Notes: a model not told the origin generated them from the letters alone. Shown: positions 27,830 to 43,039, counted from the first letter of the stretch. The stretch: DNA of 64,000 nucleotides from Geosiphon pyriformis uo1 (GCA_016748015.1 JAAOMT010000009.1:328459-392458), one strand, 5' to 3'. A program made the numbers and translations.

Positions 27830-30050
27830 TACTTTTAATTATTATTACCGTATATGATTTTAAACAAATAAAAAAATAAAAAAATATAATTGTAAAAATG
27901 TTTTTGCTATTCATATTTGCCAAATTTTAATAGCTTGAATTCTTGTGCTTTCACTATTTGAGGATTAACATTCATAAAAAAAAAATTTAAAACTTTTCAA
28001 GCCAGATTGGTTATGATATTAAAAGATTGAAAGCTGTTTCGATTATTATAATTTTAAGCTTTATTTAATTTGGCACTTTAGATTTAATCTTATAATCTAT
28101 ATTGTTTTATAAAAGAGTCTTTTAATAAAACCAAAGCTGCTATCAAACTTGAATTTAATATAATTCAGAATTATAAAATTTAATTTAATACTTTTATAAT
28201 AACCAAAAATTACTAAGTACAAGTAAAAGTAAAGAATATTATTGTTTTTGTTTTGTTTTGTTTTTTTTGCATTGTTGCAAATAATTTTTATCTTTATTCA
28301 ATTGTTTAATTTTAAACCAAAAGTACTATTTAGGCTTTTTTTAACAAGTTTATTTTTGTATATTATGTAATTAATTAGCTTACACATTATTTTATTTTAA
28401 ATACCAAAAAAGTGTATTTTGTGAATATTAAAAAAATACATCTTACCAATTTGTTAATTTGAATAAAATGCATACATTTTTAAACTTATTATAACTATAA
28501 TATGTAATTGTACTATTACTATAATACATTAACTTGTTTTTTGTAATAAAATAATTTGGATTAATAAGTTTTATATTTTTTTACCAACTTAATGTTTTTG
28601 TTTTAACTAAATTGTTTTATATTTTTTAATAAATTTTAAGCTTTTTTATAAGCTTTAAATTATAAATATTATATAAATTAGTTTAAAAATTCATAATTTG
28701 GATTTATAATATTAAAATATACTTTTTTTATAAAAAAATTACTCGTAAAATCCAAGAAAACAATCTAAAACAACATTGTTAATTCAATTAGTATTAAAAA
28801 AATGAAATTTAATAACAAAAACAATAATAGCAAAAAATTAATATATATTAATTAATAACTTAAATTAAATACAAAAAATTATTAACAGCTAAAAAACACC
28901 AATTAAAATAAATAATTAACACATATAATTTAATAAAAATTAGTATTGTTATACTCTAAAATTCTAATATCATATATTAGTGCAATTTAAAATTTAAAAT
29001 TTAAAAACAATGTTTTTTATTTAATTTAACATATATTTATACAATAAAATAAACAAAACATAATAGTTTCTATAGTATTTTTACTAAAATTTAAAACCAA
29101 AAACACAGAAAAAATTAAAATTATTTGCAAAAAACATTTTTTTGCATTATATTTAAAAATTTTTGATTTTTTTGTTATTTATTTAATAATACGTAAACAA
29201 TAATTAATTTTTAACACTTTACAACATAACTTAACAGCATTAAAAAATAGTATTGCAATTATTAACAACTTTTTTATTTAATGGTTGTTAGGTACTTTAT
29301 AACAAATTATTGTATATTGTATTTTATTGCTGCTAATATATTTAACTAGTACATTAAAATCTTTGCATGAAAAGCTTTTACTATTATAAGCTATAAAAAG
29401 TTAAATAAATTTATTAATATTGAAAATTTAGTTTGGTTAATTTAAATATTTATTTATGTAATTCTAATGTAATTTATTATTTTGCTGTAATTAAAATACA
29501 TTGTTCAATCAGTTTTGTAAATGTTTTTTTTAGTTATTAATTTACCAAGCTTTATCAATTTTAAATTTCATAGAGCAATAATTTTTATTATTATTACATA
29601 AAAAACATCAAATAGCTGTTACTTAAATTATTGAAATAAAATATTTTAATATAAAAATTATATTATATTTATTCAATATTTAACAACTTTAAAGCTTAAC
29701 AAGATTACTTTTTTAAAGTATTATCAAAAAAGTCCTAACAAAAAAATAATGTAAATTTTAAATAAAACAAAAAATTGACCAAAAATTAAGTACAAAAAAT
29801 TCAAATTAGGCATTATCAGTTTAATTCTTATTATTAATTTAGTATATATTGTTGTTTTATATTAACATTATTCAATTGTTATTTATCAAAATTGTTTAAT
29901 AACTAAATTTTATAATACACAAGTATAATTAAATACTATAATTAGATTATGCATAAAACCAAAATATGTTAAATTGAAGATTTTGCTAAAATGTCTAATA
30001 ATCTATCAAAATTTAAAAAATAATAATGTTTAAACTTAAAATAAGACTAT
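27830..30050. other. Extremely AT-rich hypermutated island, probably a decayed repeat
   Basis: No ORFs in the track; almost no CpG; surviving C/G mostly in AC, GT and GC contexts; sharp return to CpG-containing DNA at ~30060. Confidence 0.6.
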
Positions 30051-30480
30051 GTAAATTCCTTGTCACAAGAACTGCTTAATTGTCGTTCCCGATGCTATTA
30101 CTGTCGGAAAATACCATTTCAGTTTCCAGTTATTTTCCTGTCTGTTTTCTCATGCGAATTTGATTTACAAACGACTTCAGAAAAATACCAGTCTGCTTTG
30201 CGGTTTAACTTTAAGAGGAAAAAAACTTACGTGTTGGGGTTTTCGAAAACAAAAAGTTAGACGGGAGGCCATTGCTTATAATTTAGTTTATGCATTCTTT
30301 GAAGAATTCCACAAACTGGGCGACATATCATACATGCATATCATGGTATCGGATGCACAATTATCAATCCATCGATGATTAAATAATCGTCACTCATCGT
30401 AATGACAATATTAAGTCATTCTTAAATTTTTGAAATTTAGAAATTTAGAAACGGTTCTCTTCAAATTTATTTATTGCACA

Positions 30481-33400
30481 ATGGAACTTTTCGTCTTAGT
30501 AAAAGACGATCCTCGATCATTAGCCGTTTATTCCAATTCCACCAGCTCGAAATTTGCTCTCATATTCGAAAAAACTGCACAAATATCTAAACCGCAATGT
30601 CACGTGGAGTTTTGTCCTGGATCGGAATTCGATTTTCAAGGATATCGATCATTGAACTCTCGGCTACACATTTATGGAATCCTTGGATTGATTCAAGTCG
30701 ACAATGGTAGATAGTTACAAAAAATCTCGTTCAGAAACTTTCATTCACCATTATCATTTAAATAATCCTAATATATATGTATTTTTCAAGATATATTCAT
30801 AACCGTCGTGACCGAGTGTAAGCCAATTGGACAAGTTCGACCCGGTGAATCGGTGTATCGTATTATAGATGTAGAATTTTATTCCCTCGTTACCAGTTCT
30901 TGGGATGAAGGTCGAACCTCTAGCTATGATGATTTTGCCGACGATTTTGATCAATTACAACTCAAACATCCATGTTCTCATCTTCGGAAATTGCTAGCAA
31001 ATGGAAATTTTTATTTTTCTTCAGATTTTGATCTCACCAGAAATCTTCAAGTCAGGTAAATGAAACTGAAAATGTTCCTCCTTTGAAGTCTTATTTTGCA
31101 GAAATTTCAATCAGCTTCTTCGTTATCACAAGAACTTTAGCCCCAAAAAATGGAAAATACTTTTTCGATGATCGATTTCTCTGGAATAAATATATGATAA
31201 GCAGTTTGCTTAATTTCCGATCTAGATTGAACCAACACAAACAATTTCAACTTGATCAGAGTGGTGCTTTGGTAAGTTATTTGACAGCTTTGCAAATATT
31301 CCATTATATTTGAATGGATTTTTTTTAATATTACCATAAAGGTTTTGGCCATACAAGGATTTTTTGGACGTCAGGAAATTAAATTTGGCTCTGAAAAAGT
31401 CGCTCTATCAATTATATCAAAATTAAGCTGTAAGCGTGCCGGTATAATAGCTTCTACAAATAAATTTTCAGCATTCACTAGGTTTTCGAAATGATTATAT
31501 TACAAGTTATTTTCAATATTCAGGAACACGATTTAATACCCGAGGTATTGATGATGATGGAAATGTTGCTAATTTTGTTGAGGCAAGTTATGGATTGCAG
31601 AAGAAGTTTTAGTCCATATTGGTTTAATAAATTTTCTTTTATTTTCCAGGTCGAAACTATTCTGTGTTCTAAAAGTTGGTGCCTATCTTATACGCAAATA
31701 CGTGGCAGCGTACCAGGTAGAACTCTTCAAGTATTTTAGCCATCTCGTCAATAATTAAATAAGTCCACTGATTATCCTATTCAATAGTTTTCTGGGAGCA
31801 ACCGGTAAGCTCATACCCAGAAAACTATTTTTCCCCATTCCAATTTTGTCACTTATCGATCCGATTTTCTTCAGGGAATTCAAGTAATGGGTCACAAAGT
31901 TCAAATTTCTCGGGGAGCAGATGCCACACAACCAGCTGTAGAACGCCACTTCACTGATCTTTTGAATCGATATGGGGAGGTTTACATAATCAATTTACTG
32001 GGTCCGAAAGAGGGCGAGGCACTTTTAACCAGAGAATATCATGATCGCGTCCGAGACTTATATGAGGGTGGAACCCATTTTCAAATGACTAATTTTGATT
32101 TCAACACTATTTGCAAGAATGGGAGCTATGAGAATGTGAAACATTTGCTACCTAATATTCGTGAGACACTGGACAATTTTGAATTTTTCTTGTTAGACCT
32201 GGAAACAGATACGCCCTTGAGGCATCAAATTGGCGTGTTCCGAACAAATTGTGTTGATTGGTACGGAACTATTTTGGGTTTCATCTTCAAAATTTTTATT
32301 GACTTCATCGTTTTTCTTCATCTTTGGTTGCAAATGGGAGTTAGTCTGGACAGGTATTTGTATACTTTTTCGACTTTAAAGGCTATTCATTAAAACTGCC
32401 TAATTATTTCAGCAATTATTTTATTTTTAGAACGAATGTTGTCCAAACTTTGCTTTCTCGGACGGTTCTTGAAACATACCTGCGACAACTTGAGAACATC
32501 CCTCGGCATCAGATCGAAATGCTTTATAGTTGTCATTCACATCTCTGGGCGGAGAACGGGGACAGTCTTTCGAAAATTTATGCTGGCACTGGGGCTCTCA
32601 AATCTCAGTTCACTCGCAGTGGAAAGCTTACCTTGGCAGGTCAGGGAGGATACATACTAAGTTTTTCTAAATATCTCAACAAATTGAAACTTTTAATTGT
32701 GATATGGCTAAAATTTCATTATAACAGGTGTCCTAGGAGATGCATCAAAGTCCGTCAACCGGTTCTATATCAATAATTTTCAAGATAAATCTAAACAAGA
32801 AGTTATTGACTTGCTACTTGTAAGTTATATTCCAGCTTCATCAAGCTTGTTAATTTTATAGAAAAAACTTAAGCAAGAGTTCAAATTTTCTAGGGAAAAT
32901 TATTAGAACAGCAAGCCATTACGGTTCACGATCCTGTTCATGAATTGGTCTTGAAGGAAATTCAACAACGGTAATAATATTCCTGCGAGTTTTGTAAACT
33001 TCATCTTTATACCGCTTTAATAATAATATCATAGGGCTGAGGAGTTTTCGACAAAATCAAACATTAATTTATTTGTGGGAACTTACAATTTGAATGGGGC
33101 TTCCCCTTCTGGTGAATCTTTGATGCCCTGGCTTTTTCCCTATTCTCAATGTAAGTCAATTTTTATATAATCTCCAGCATATCAAAAATAAAAACCTTAT
33201 GCACCAAGTCCTTATAAATTTCAAAGTTCAACCTGATCTCGTGGTCATTGGGTTTCAAGAAATTGTTCAATTGGTTCCTCAACAAGTAAGTTACTGATTT
33301 TCGAAAATCTCTGTTTTACTATTAATATACACAATATTTGCTACTAAAAAAATTTCCTTTTAAAGATTGTATCTGCCGACCCAGAAAAACTGTAAGCAAG

Positions 33401-35709
33401 GTTCTTTTTATATTACATTTCATCAATTCTTTTATTTTACCATGTTATTAACAAAATTATTTGACATATTACAGGAAAATCTGGGAGAAGGAAATTACGA
33501 AGATCCTCAATAGCCAATCGGCAAAATACGTAATTTTGCGGTCACGACAACTGGTCGGTACAGCCTTGTCGGTCTATGCAAAAGCTGATGTCGTCTCTCG
33601 CATCCGGAACGTGGAATGTGTCACGAAAAAGGCTAGAATTTTCTTTCAAAGTCATTATATATTCCGCTCAAATATGCAATATCCCCAATCGTAAGATAGA
33701 TTTTGGTTTAAATATTTGTTAGACGGGATTAGGGGGTATGGCTGGAAACAAAGGGGCAGTCGCTATTCGGATGGATTTTTACGACACCAGCCTATGCTTT
33801 GTTACGGCACATTTAGCTGCTGGTAAATATCAATGCAAATCATTTTAATCCTAGATACATATTCGATATCTAATTTAGGTTTCCCCTTGAGGCGAATCAA
33901 ATTTTGATGAAAGGAATAAGGACTATCACACTATCAACAACGGTTTGATATTTCGACAAGGCCGTCACATTGCTAACCATGAGTATTTAGACTTTATAAT
34001 TTGGTCGCTTTAAAAAAAACATCAACATTTAATGGCAAAATTCTTTGTTGCTTTTAGTACGGTCATTTGGCTCGGAGATTTTAATTATCGCGTTTCTTTA
34101 GATACCCATGAGGTAGGATACCTTTTCCAAACTTTTCATGGGGGTGTCAGCTAATCTTCAATTCCTAACAAAACGAATTTTTAGGTTCGAGATCACGTTT
34201 TGCATGGCAATCTTGATGTGTTGTTAAAATCGGATCAAGTATGAGAGAAGAATTTCCAAAATTTCGCATTTTTCAGAAAACTTATTTTATCTTGATTTCT
34301 TTGGTTTGAAGCTCATTAAGCAAATTCAAATTGGGGCTATTTTTCGTGGGTATACTGAAGGCCCTATTACTTTCCCACCTACTTATAAATATGACAATCA
34401 TAGCAATCACTATGATACTAGGTTTGAAATGAGTTTCTCTTTCTTCATTATTTATGATTTAAACCAATGACTTCCCCTTATTTAGCTTAACTATCTCCTT
34501 TTAAATTAAAGTGAAAAGGCTCGAGTGCCATCTTGGACGGGTAAGTTGAAATTCAATATCATTGCTATTATAGCATTTCTTTTGAATTTTTGAAGCTATA
34601 GTTATACTTTTTTTAGATCGCATCCTATTTCGAGGAAAAAATGTAAGATCAATATCTCATCAAATTTACAAACTCCAGTATCACTCTATAATAATCTAGA
34701 GCTTTTTCATTTCGAAATAGGTACATCAAATTGCATACAATCGAGCAGAGTTGAAAAACTCCGATCACCGACCAGGTTTTGTTCGCCATGTTAAACATTT
34801 CTCGCCCAAAAACACATTTTTAATTAATTTTATGTCTTGATTCTTCACCGTAGTTATGGCTTTATTTAAAATAGAGGTATTTTTGAGAGTGGACATTCTA
34901 GTTTAATATTCATGATTCTGATCTTCATTATCATATTAGATAATTAAATATGATGAACAACTCAAAGAAAAGATCCAGCAAGAGCTTTATGAAAATAAAT
35001 CAAAAGTTGTAGGGAAGACTCTGGGTGTGCCGGAAGCTTTCACAACTATGTCAATAGACGAACCAGCTGTTAACCTTGCCCAAACTTTCGAAAGGATCCC
35101 GGTCGATACACTGATTGATTTAGAGGATACTATAAAACGGGACTGTAAGCAATATCGACGATAGCCGTTCTTTGAAATTAAGTCAATATTTTAATGTTTT
35201 GTATTTAGTGCCACCACCGAGCTCAGACACACATCAATGGTGGAATGATGCCAATCGTAAGTAAAGTTTCATATCTTTTAGCCTATGAAATTTTCACCTG
35301 TGCTAAAGAACCTTTTGTTGGGCAGCATCACAATCTCCAGTCATGAGAAATGATCAATCGAATTCAGAATCGCGGGTGATTTCAACAAATCCATTTGAAA
35401 TTTTATCTACATCACCGGTTCAAAAAGAATTTCCACTAATTGACAGCTTCATCGAATTCAATAACCCAAATGAGGTAAAAACATCTACACTAATTGATAT
35501 ATCAATACCGTCAGCACCCCCTGAATCAGGTAAGATATTTACTTGAAAATTGGCATTTCATTTACATAAAATAAAACGTCAGATTTTAATGAAATATAGA
35601 CCCCAGTAAATTCTCAACCACCTCTAATTGGGCACCCCTTATTCCAATTAAAGTTGAAAATTTAACCGGTACGACATCCAAGGAAAGTAAAGAACACAAA
35701 GCAGGCTAA
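30481..35709 (+). CDS. Synaptojanin-like polyphosphoinositide phosphatase (SAC1 + inositol 5-phosphatase; Inp52/Inp53-like), more than 20 introns
   Basis: SAC1 motifs [74 protein letters not shown]; 5-phosphatase motifs [40 protein letters not shown]. Confidence 0.95.
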
Positions 35710-38042
35710 GGATTAAGGGGCTTTTGCTTTGATAAAATTTAAATTATTCTAGAATATTTTTAATCAACTAGGGTTTAATATTTGAATCAAAAGAAGTTTT
35801 GCAAAGAATATCGAAGCTTTGAAATTTTTTTAAAGCAAATATTTTTCCTTTTGAAAATTTTGGACTCCCCAATTCTAATGTTGGGGATTTGAAGAAAACG
35901 CTCACGGATACACATGTACTATGAGATATCAAATGTTGCGAATCAAAACAAATAGGATTCAATCACTGAGAATATTAAGATACAATACAAGAAATTCATA
36001 AATTGCAGGTTTCAATTATGAGCTACTAATTTTTTATTCGATCCCTTTATCCTTTCATAAATAAAAAATTCAAGCTCTTTGTCAAAAGAGCCAATTGCTG
36101 CTTCTTTTAAAATATTTACACTTTTTAAAAAGTCATCTTGATTACATTCCTTTGGTTTACAAGCATAAGCCAATCCTCACTTCCGAAGGTTGCTTCCCAG
36201 CCTCAAAACGAAATAATCTTTTTACGTTTTTCGAATCGCCCTATTTGGTTTTTTGCAAGCTTTGATTGAAGTTATTTTTTTCTATGAAGCAATTAAGACT
36301 GATCACAAGTTATAATTGAATTAAGTTTGAATATTATTTGTTCAAAAAAATAGGGATTGTTATCAAAGATTAGATATGTGAAATTTATCTAGTAACTCTT
36401 GAAACAATCCTATTACTTTGTAAATTTGAAATATCCAGATTTTTGAAAACGGGATTATTCATTGGTTTTCCTTTGATTGTTAAAACCTTTGAATTTATTC
36501 ACAAAATAAGGGTTACAATTTTTTTGAAATTCTAAATCATTTCAATACCCTTCTCTTAAATGAAATTAATTTAGTTAAGTAATGTTAAGTCTGGAATCTT
36601 AAGTTGTTATTTTCTTTTTAAAACCAAGTTGATGAAGAATAGTTTTTTGATGTGCATTAAATTCAAATAAAAAAATTCTTAAGCTTTTTAATCCTGTTTA
36701 ACATTATTCAAAAAAACAATTTTACATGATTGAGGTTCAGATTCCTTTCTTGGTGTAAGGGTCTATTTAAAATAGATTCTTGTCGAAAATTCCTTCTAAA
36801 TGTAAATGGATACATTGATCAAATTTAAGGAAAATTACAACAAAGTAAACAATTGATTTTTGAGAATTCAAGGTACAATACCACAAAAACTTGAATTTCA
36901 TTCTTTTTTTAAAGCTATGAAAACCATTACAACCTAGTTTTAAAAACTTTTTAAATTAAATTTCTAATTGTTGTAAACTTGAAATTAACCCACTAGGTAA
37001 TGATCAATGTGCCAGTGTTTTTTTATCGAGTCAACATTTGAAGATATCTCTTCAGTGCAGATTTTAATTTTTTATTATAAAGATTTCATACATTATTTAT
37101 CTGCCAACCATTCATTAGAACTTGCACGCACAAGAATTCTCTCCGGAAATTGTTATGATATGTTAACTAAATTTATCTTTTTACCAAGATCTTTTTCAGG
37201 GAACTCATTATGGGCCAAACAACAAATATTTTTGTTTTGTTAAATTATATTGTAACATGTTGCAGTTTTTAATTTTGTCACAATTTGTAAAAACCGTTTA
37301 TTAAGAGCTTATATATAAATTGAAATTAATAAATTTAAGATATAGTAAACATTGTAATCACGTGAATTATATTTGATAACATGTCATTTAAAAAAATTTT
37401 CAATCTTTAATATTTATTGTTTAATTAATATTTACTTATTAAATTTATCAACTATCTTCTCAATTATGATGTAACCAGTACCAACCTGAAAATAAGAACC
37501 ATTTAAAAGTGCTTTACTTTTCGAAACGGAAAACCAATTGGAGCTAAAGAAGAAAATTATTTTTTATAAACTCAAAGGAGTCAAATATTTTTTTTACAAG
37601 GTAAATAAAATTTCTGAGATTTATTGTCAAAATAAATTGATATTTTTATTGGGAGATAACATTTTATTTCTCTGTTTTACCTTTAATTTTAGGTTTTGAA
37701 TCGATACAGTACTCATGACTAAAGATGTCAATTTTTAAAAGAACTCTAGAATCCTGTTTTGTATTGTGATCACTGGTACCACATCAAGATATATTCGTCA
37801 AAGGATTCAAGTCACTTTTTTAAGTTCTCTGAGGATATATTCACAATTTTAAATTTGATACGTGGTGTAAAACAGCAGAGGTTGACAAAAGAAACAGTCG
37901 CTATAAGATATGAAGGTAAACACATAATTAAAAATTAAGTTTAAATATGATAAATTTGAAAAGAAGAGAATTTTTTAATTTGAAAAGTATGCCGTAGTTA
38001 CAGTGAAATTCTAGGGATGCTGATTTTCAACGGGAAGAAATA

Positions 38043-38888
38043 CAGTACACCACAAAAGTATTAGACCTCTGATAAAATATTCTGACCACTAATACATTGT
38101 ATCCTACAAAGAGTTTTATTTGGTCAGGTGACATTTATAACCATTATCAGGAATTGTTCCCAAAAAGCATATCAACAGATAGAGGAACCTGTTTTTATAT
38201 TGCAATCATAAAATCATCATTGAGATTGCGTTGAAAGCTAACAAGCTCACAAAAACCCAAAGTTGTAAAACAGCCTCATACATTGAATCTAAATGGTTTC
38301 GCAGACCGGAATAATTTTCTTCGTTCGGAAAACTCCTAAACTTTTAATGTTGGTCGGTTTAGAAAAAATGTGGTTTCATCTGAAACTCGATTTCAGTCAA
38401 AATCTTTATAATTTAGCCCACTCCAAACGTTTTTTTATGTTTGTCAGTGAGTAACAGTTTGGTAAGTTTTTAACCATATATTTTCCTATTCGCCTTCACG
38501 TAAATGTCGTTGAGTAATGTCTAAACTAATGTTAACCTTTCATTTTTTTTATTTTCCGTTGTATATCAGTGGCAAGTTGTACAATTTCGGTATCTTGTTT
38601 TGGGTCGTATTTCGATTTCACCCAGATTTTGGTTGATAGTCTTTTGATTCCTCCCACCTTTTAATCCAAGAAAGTGCTGCAGACTTACTACAATGGATAT
38701 ATTTTGCTGTGGCTGCAAGTTCAAGTTTCGGGCCTTTGGAATGTTTATTTAAAAAAGACGCTTCTGTATTGGAAGAGATATTTTTGCGACATAGAATTTG
38801 AAACCTGAATGATGGCATGGGGTACTTTGTCTTCGGAAAATCATGAGTCCGAGCTTATTTTGGGATTGGATACTTTTGTGGCGCACTG
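38043..38888 (-). mobile_element. Decayed Tc1-family element with TIRs and TA target duplication
   Basis: TA-CAGTACACCACAAAAGTAT ... ATACTTTTGTGGCGCACTG-TA; HTH fragment HSKGPKLELAATAKYIHCSKSAALSWIKRWEE; SDETTF relic at ~38363-38389. Confidence 0.85.
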
Positions 38889-39568
38889 TAAATGGCTTAG
38901 AATTCAAATCAGAATAATTCTTGAAAGCTGAAAATCGCTTTAAGCCTAACCCTACAGGCTTTTACTTTTTTAATGCTCATGACTCAAAATTTTTAATACC
39001 CAATTCTTGAATTCTTATCTTGTTTATTTTAAAAAGGATTGAACAGCGGTCGAAAAGCTTAAGAATTTTCTCTGCCACAGCGTTAGATCTTCTTTCGAAT
39101 GCAAATTGTTGAATTGATTCGTTGAAGTACAAGTCAATCTTGAAACAAATATTACTATTATTATTATTATTATTACTTGTAGCTGAAATTAATTTTCCAA
39201 GGAATTCAAAAGCATTCAATTGTCATCATAAAGATTCGAAAATTTTCCGTCAATCCTTAATCATAATTTTCACCAATTTCTAGGATTTCAAAGCAAAAAT
39301 ATTTCAGAAAAATCAATTTTCTCATCCAAATAACCAGCTTCCCAAATTCTTTCAAGTGAATTACTTAACGCTTATATTATTGCACAAATATCGGACATGC
39401 CATTGTTTTTTCAGATATATTTTATTTAGCATCTTGAAATTCTATTGTATCTTGAAGAATTTAGTGTTCGGCATTAAGTTAATCCCATTAAATTTCAAGA
39501 AAATTGTCTTTTTGTGCTGTTACTGTGAAATATTTTTCATGTAATCTACGAAACCTCATGAATCAAGG

Positions 39569-40239
39569 TTATGCGACATACCACCAAAAAATTAACATTA
39601 AAACGGCCATGAATCGAATCCAATTTGGAAATTCATAATTGGTTTGTTTTCTTGAAAAATTCGAAGTTACTATATTAGTTGGGCTGAACCCTAATGTTTG
39701 ACTTGGCGACAAAGTTGCATTTGCCGAAATTGTTAATGGTGATTTAGATGATATAACTCCTGGACTTTCAGCATTAGTCTGTATCAATGAAATATTGCTC
39801 CGGCTTGTGCTCTCTCGAGGGGGTATGTAAGGCGTTGAAGTTATTGTGATTGTTGATGGGGGAAGTGTAGGTGACCTTACAGTGATTATTGTAGTTGCTG
39901 GAAGGGAAATTTCAACAGTCACGCTTACTACTGAAGTTTGAGTACTGTTTTGAAAGTCAAAATCAATGAAAATTGGATTTTATTTTTTTCAACGTTCATA
40001 AAATATCAGATAATCGTAATCAATCGAGGAAATTTTTACATTATTGGGGAGTTATCGAGAGCTTGACGTTTTATGTTTAAAGCTGAACTAAAATAAGAAA
40101 GACGTTAACTGTTATTAAATTCCAATCAAAACAAAAAATTGATTCATAGTCATAAATAAGATGAGACTTACATTTCTCTATGATTTGAAAGCAAAATTAT
40201 AATAGGGAATAAAACAAGCTTGAACGAATTGATTCTCAT
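39569..40239 (-). CDS. Small Ser/Thr-rich surface protein (GPI- or C-terminally anchored), 3 exons
   Basis: Spliced MRINSFKLVLFPIIILLSNHREISALNIKRQALDNSPIITQTSVVSVTVEISLP...; hydrophobic C-terminus FMAVLMLIFWWYVA. Confidence 0.7.
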
Positions 40240-43039
40240 TTTCTTGGAAAGCTTAATATGGGCTTTCAACTTTGAATGAAAAATTATTGTAAGACAAAAA
40301 TAGCCGATAGATGGCAAATTTAATAGCAGAAGAATAATCAAAAAAGTTTGCCTTTCGCATTCGGCACTTTATTCTATGTGGAAGATTGGCTTCTTTTTAT
40401 CAATTTCTATTTGTGTGAAATACTAGAAATTTTATTGGTTCAGGTAACGTTACATTTTTTGGAAAGAACAAAATAGCAGTAGCAACAGTTGTGCTAATAC
40501 GCTAATACACTTATAATATTATTGTAATATGAAAAGAGGCTTGTTGTTTAATGGAGCCCCTAGTGATGAGCGAATGATTTTGCCATTTGGGAATACATGT
40601 AATAGGCATAGGATAGCAATAAATAAACTTCCGAAAAGTAGTGATCGGGTGTTTGATACTTTATTAGGTAATTACACGCGATCGCCAATGTAATTAATGA
40701 AATGGAATAGGCTTAAACACAATTAAACAGGAGCGATATTCATGTATCAACCAAAGACCTTTTTTTCCCATATATTTGTTTTTTTAATACGGAAAAAATC
40801 GTATAATTTTGACATGAAACAATGGTTTTGTACTCCACATGGTTATGAGAGCCCTCAATTGAATTTGAAAATGATCAGAATACTTTTTTTTCTTTTCTCT
40901 TTTACGATTTCATGTGATAAAAAAAAATCATATCTTTGAATTAAAAATTGTACGGGAAGATAAAAATTTTTCTTTTCGATCAAATTAGTAAAATGTGATT
41001 TTTAGTATGGATCATAAAATTTCTTATCTGAAATATTTATTCTCGTGTGAAAACAACTTTAAAAAAATGCTTCTGAAAAATCATGCCTATTCTCTAGCTG
41101 AAAGGGTAAATAAATAGGCTGCTGATTAATCAAATAAATCTGAGCATTTAGACTCACTAGAAAGTTTTCTTATAATGAAAATCTTATTCCCTGCTCAAAA
41201 AAAAAATTCCTTTGAATAATTTGATTAATATTGCCAGCGACAAAAAGATTTAGTTATAGACTTTTAAATAAAGCCATTTTTTAAACCGCAATAGTAAATT
41301 TCATTATAAAAAATTGAGGAATGCAAAAAAATTTGAAAGTTTTTTGGGATTTACTTTTTTCATATCTATTGATATCTTTGAAATTAACCTACTCATTACT
41401 TAGATTATTATTAGATGTGTAAGTTAAAATAACCATCCTCTTGTATTTTTTACGCAAAATTGAGTTTCTAAACTTAATTAATTTTGTATTAGTAAGACTA
41501 TCTCTCTCACACTTTTCTGCAATTAGAAAATCTCTGTTTATAATATATATGGTTGAGAAATCTTGTTAGGCATTGATTTATTTCAAACCGATGATTTATC
41601 AGGCTTAATGCACTAATTTAAATTTAACCTAATCGTATATACATATTACCCTTCTAGTGTAAACAATCCAAAAATATTTTATCCGATATCCTTTCGAGAA
41701 ACTTCCATAATGAGAATTCGGTATTTTCTCTGATCAACAAAAAAACTGAGATCATTCAGATATGGCCGGATTTACTAAAAAAAGAATTTACAAAGTTTAA
41801 AGTGGTAAACAATTGTTTTTGTACATAAATCGACAACTTTTTTAATCTAAAAATGGTGGGTAAATATATTTCAAACACACAAATTTTCAGCCAGCTCACA
41901 AATATCTAATCCATATAGAGCCTTTTTTCATTTCTGAATCTATTTCGAATCAAATTATAAGTTGAACACTTGATAATTTAAATTTAGTTGGAAAAATTGA
42001 AAATGATTTATGTATAGTTAATCTTGAAATAACCTTTTTATTTGCACTATTTTTAAATCTATTGTAAGGAAAATTTTTTTTAAATAAAGTTATTTATTCA
42101 CTTAAAATCAATAAATCTAGTGTTCTTAGCTGATGGATAAATTCTAAAGATCCAGTTTTTTGTTTAATTTAAGGAAATTCGGAACATTTATCTCCAAAGT
42201 ATATATTCAATAATGAATATTTTCCCGATTATCATTTCCTCGTGAACTTTTTCCAATCTTATTTTCTCCCTACTTTTGAATAAAGAATCAATTCAATAAT
42301 ACTAGTCAAGCATTTTACTCATCTTTGAATTTAAATCTCAGATTTTATTATCATACGCTAATTTTTTTTTATTTTTCTGGAGTTTTTAACTTTTGGCAAT
42401 TATTTGCCAAAATTCATTTGTAATTGAATAAAACCACAGAGCTCTGAGCATTATGAAGTTTCTATTTGTTCTCAATTGATACAATCTTATGGTAAATAAT
42501 GCTGTGTATGAAATATTTTGAAATCTCTATTTTAAATATCAAACTTTTGTTAATCTCTTCTAATTTTTGTATTTTGTGAAAAAATGGTTTAATGAAAGCA
42601 TTGAACAAATTCAACAAAATTTAAAGGATAATAAGTCAGGTAATAGGTGTGGAAATTTTTGATTGCGAAAAAATATCTTAAGATTCATTAAATTCAGTCC
42701 CTTAAATTTGGAACTCACTCAAATATATGAATATTCCTTGTAAAATTTTGAAACCTCCATTCCTTAGTTTGCAATATTAGGTGAGCATTCCGTCCGATAT
42801 TATCTTGTGAGGAACGGACCACCTATCATTATGCCTCTTTTTTCCAAAATGAAGAAACCAAAAAGCATGCTTATCATTATTCAAATGGAGATTATTAACA
42901 TAGAAACAGATCCGAAAATTCTGTCGTTGCCACAATAATTTTTGGCAATCGGAAAAAAAGGGTTTTGCTGATCCACATTTACCACTTGTCGATTTGCATT
43001 TTTTTTATTTACCAAATTGTGTTTTACTTAATAACTTCA

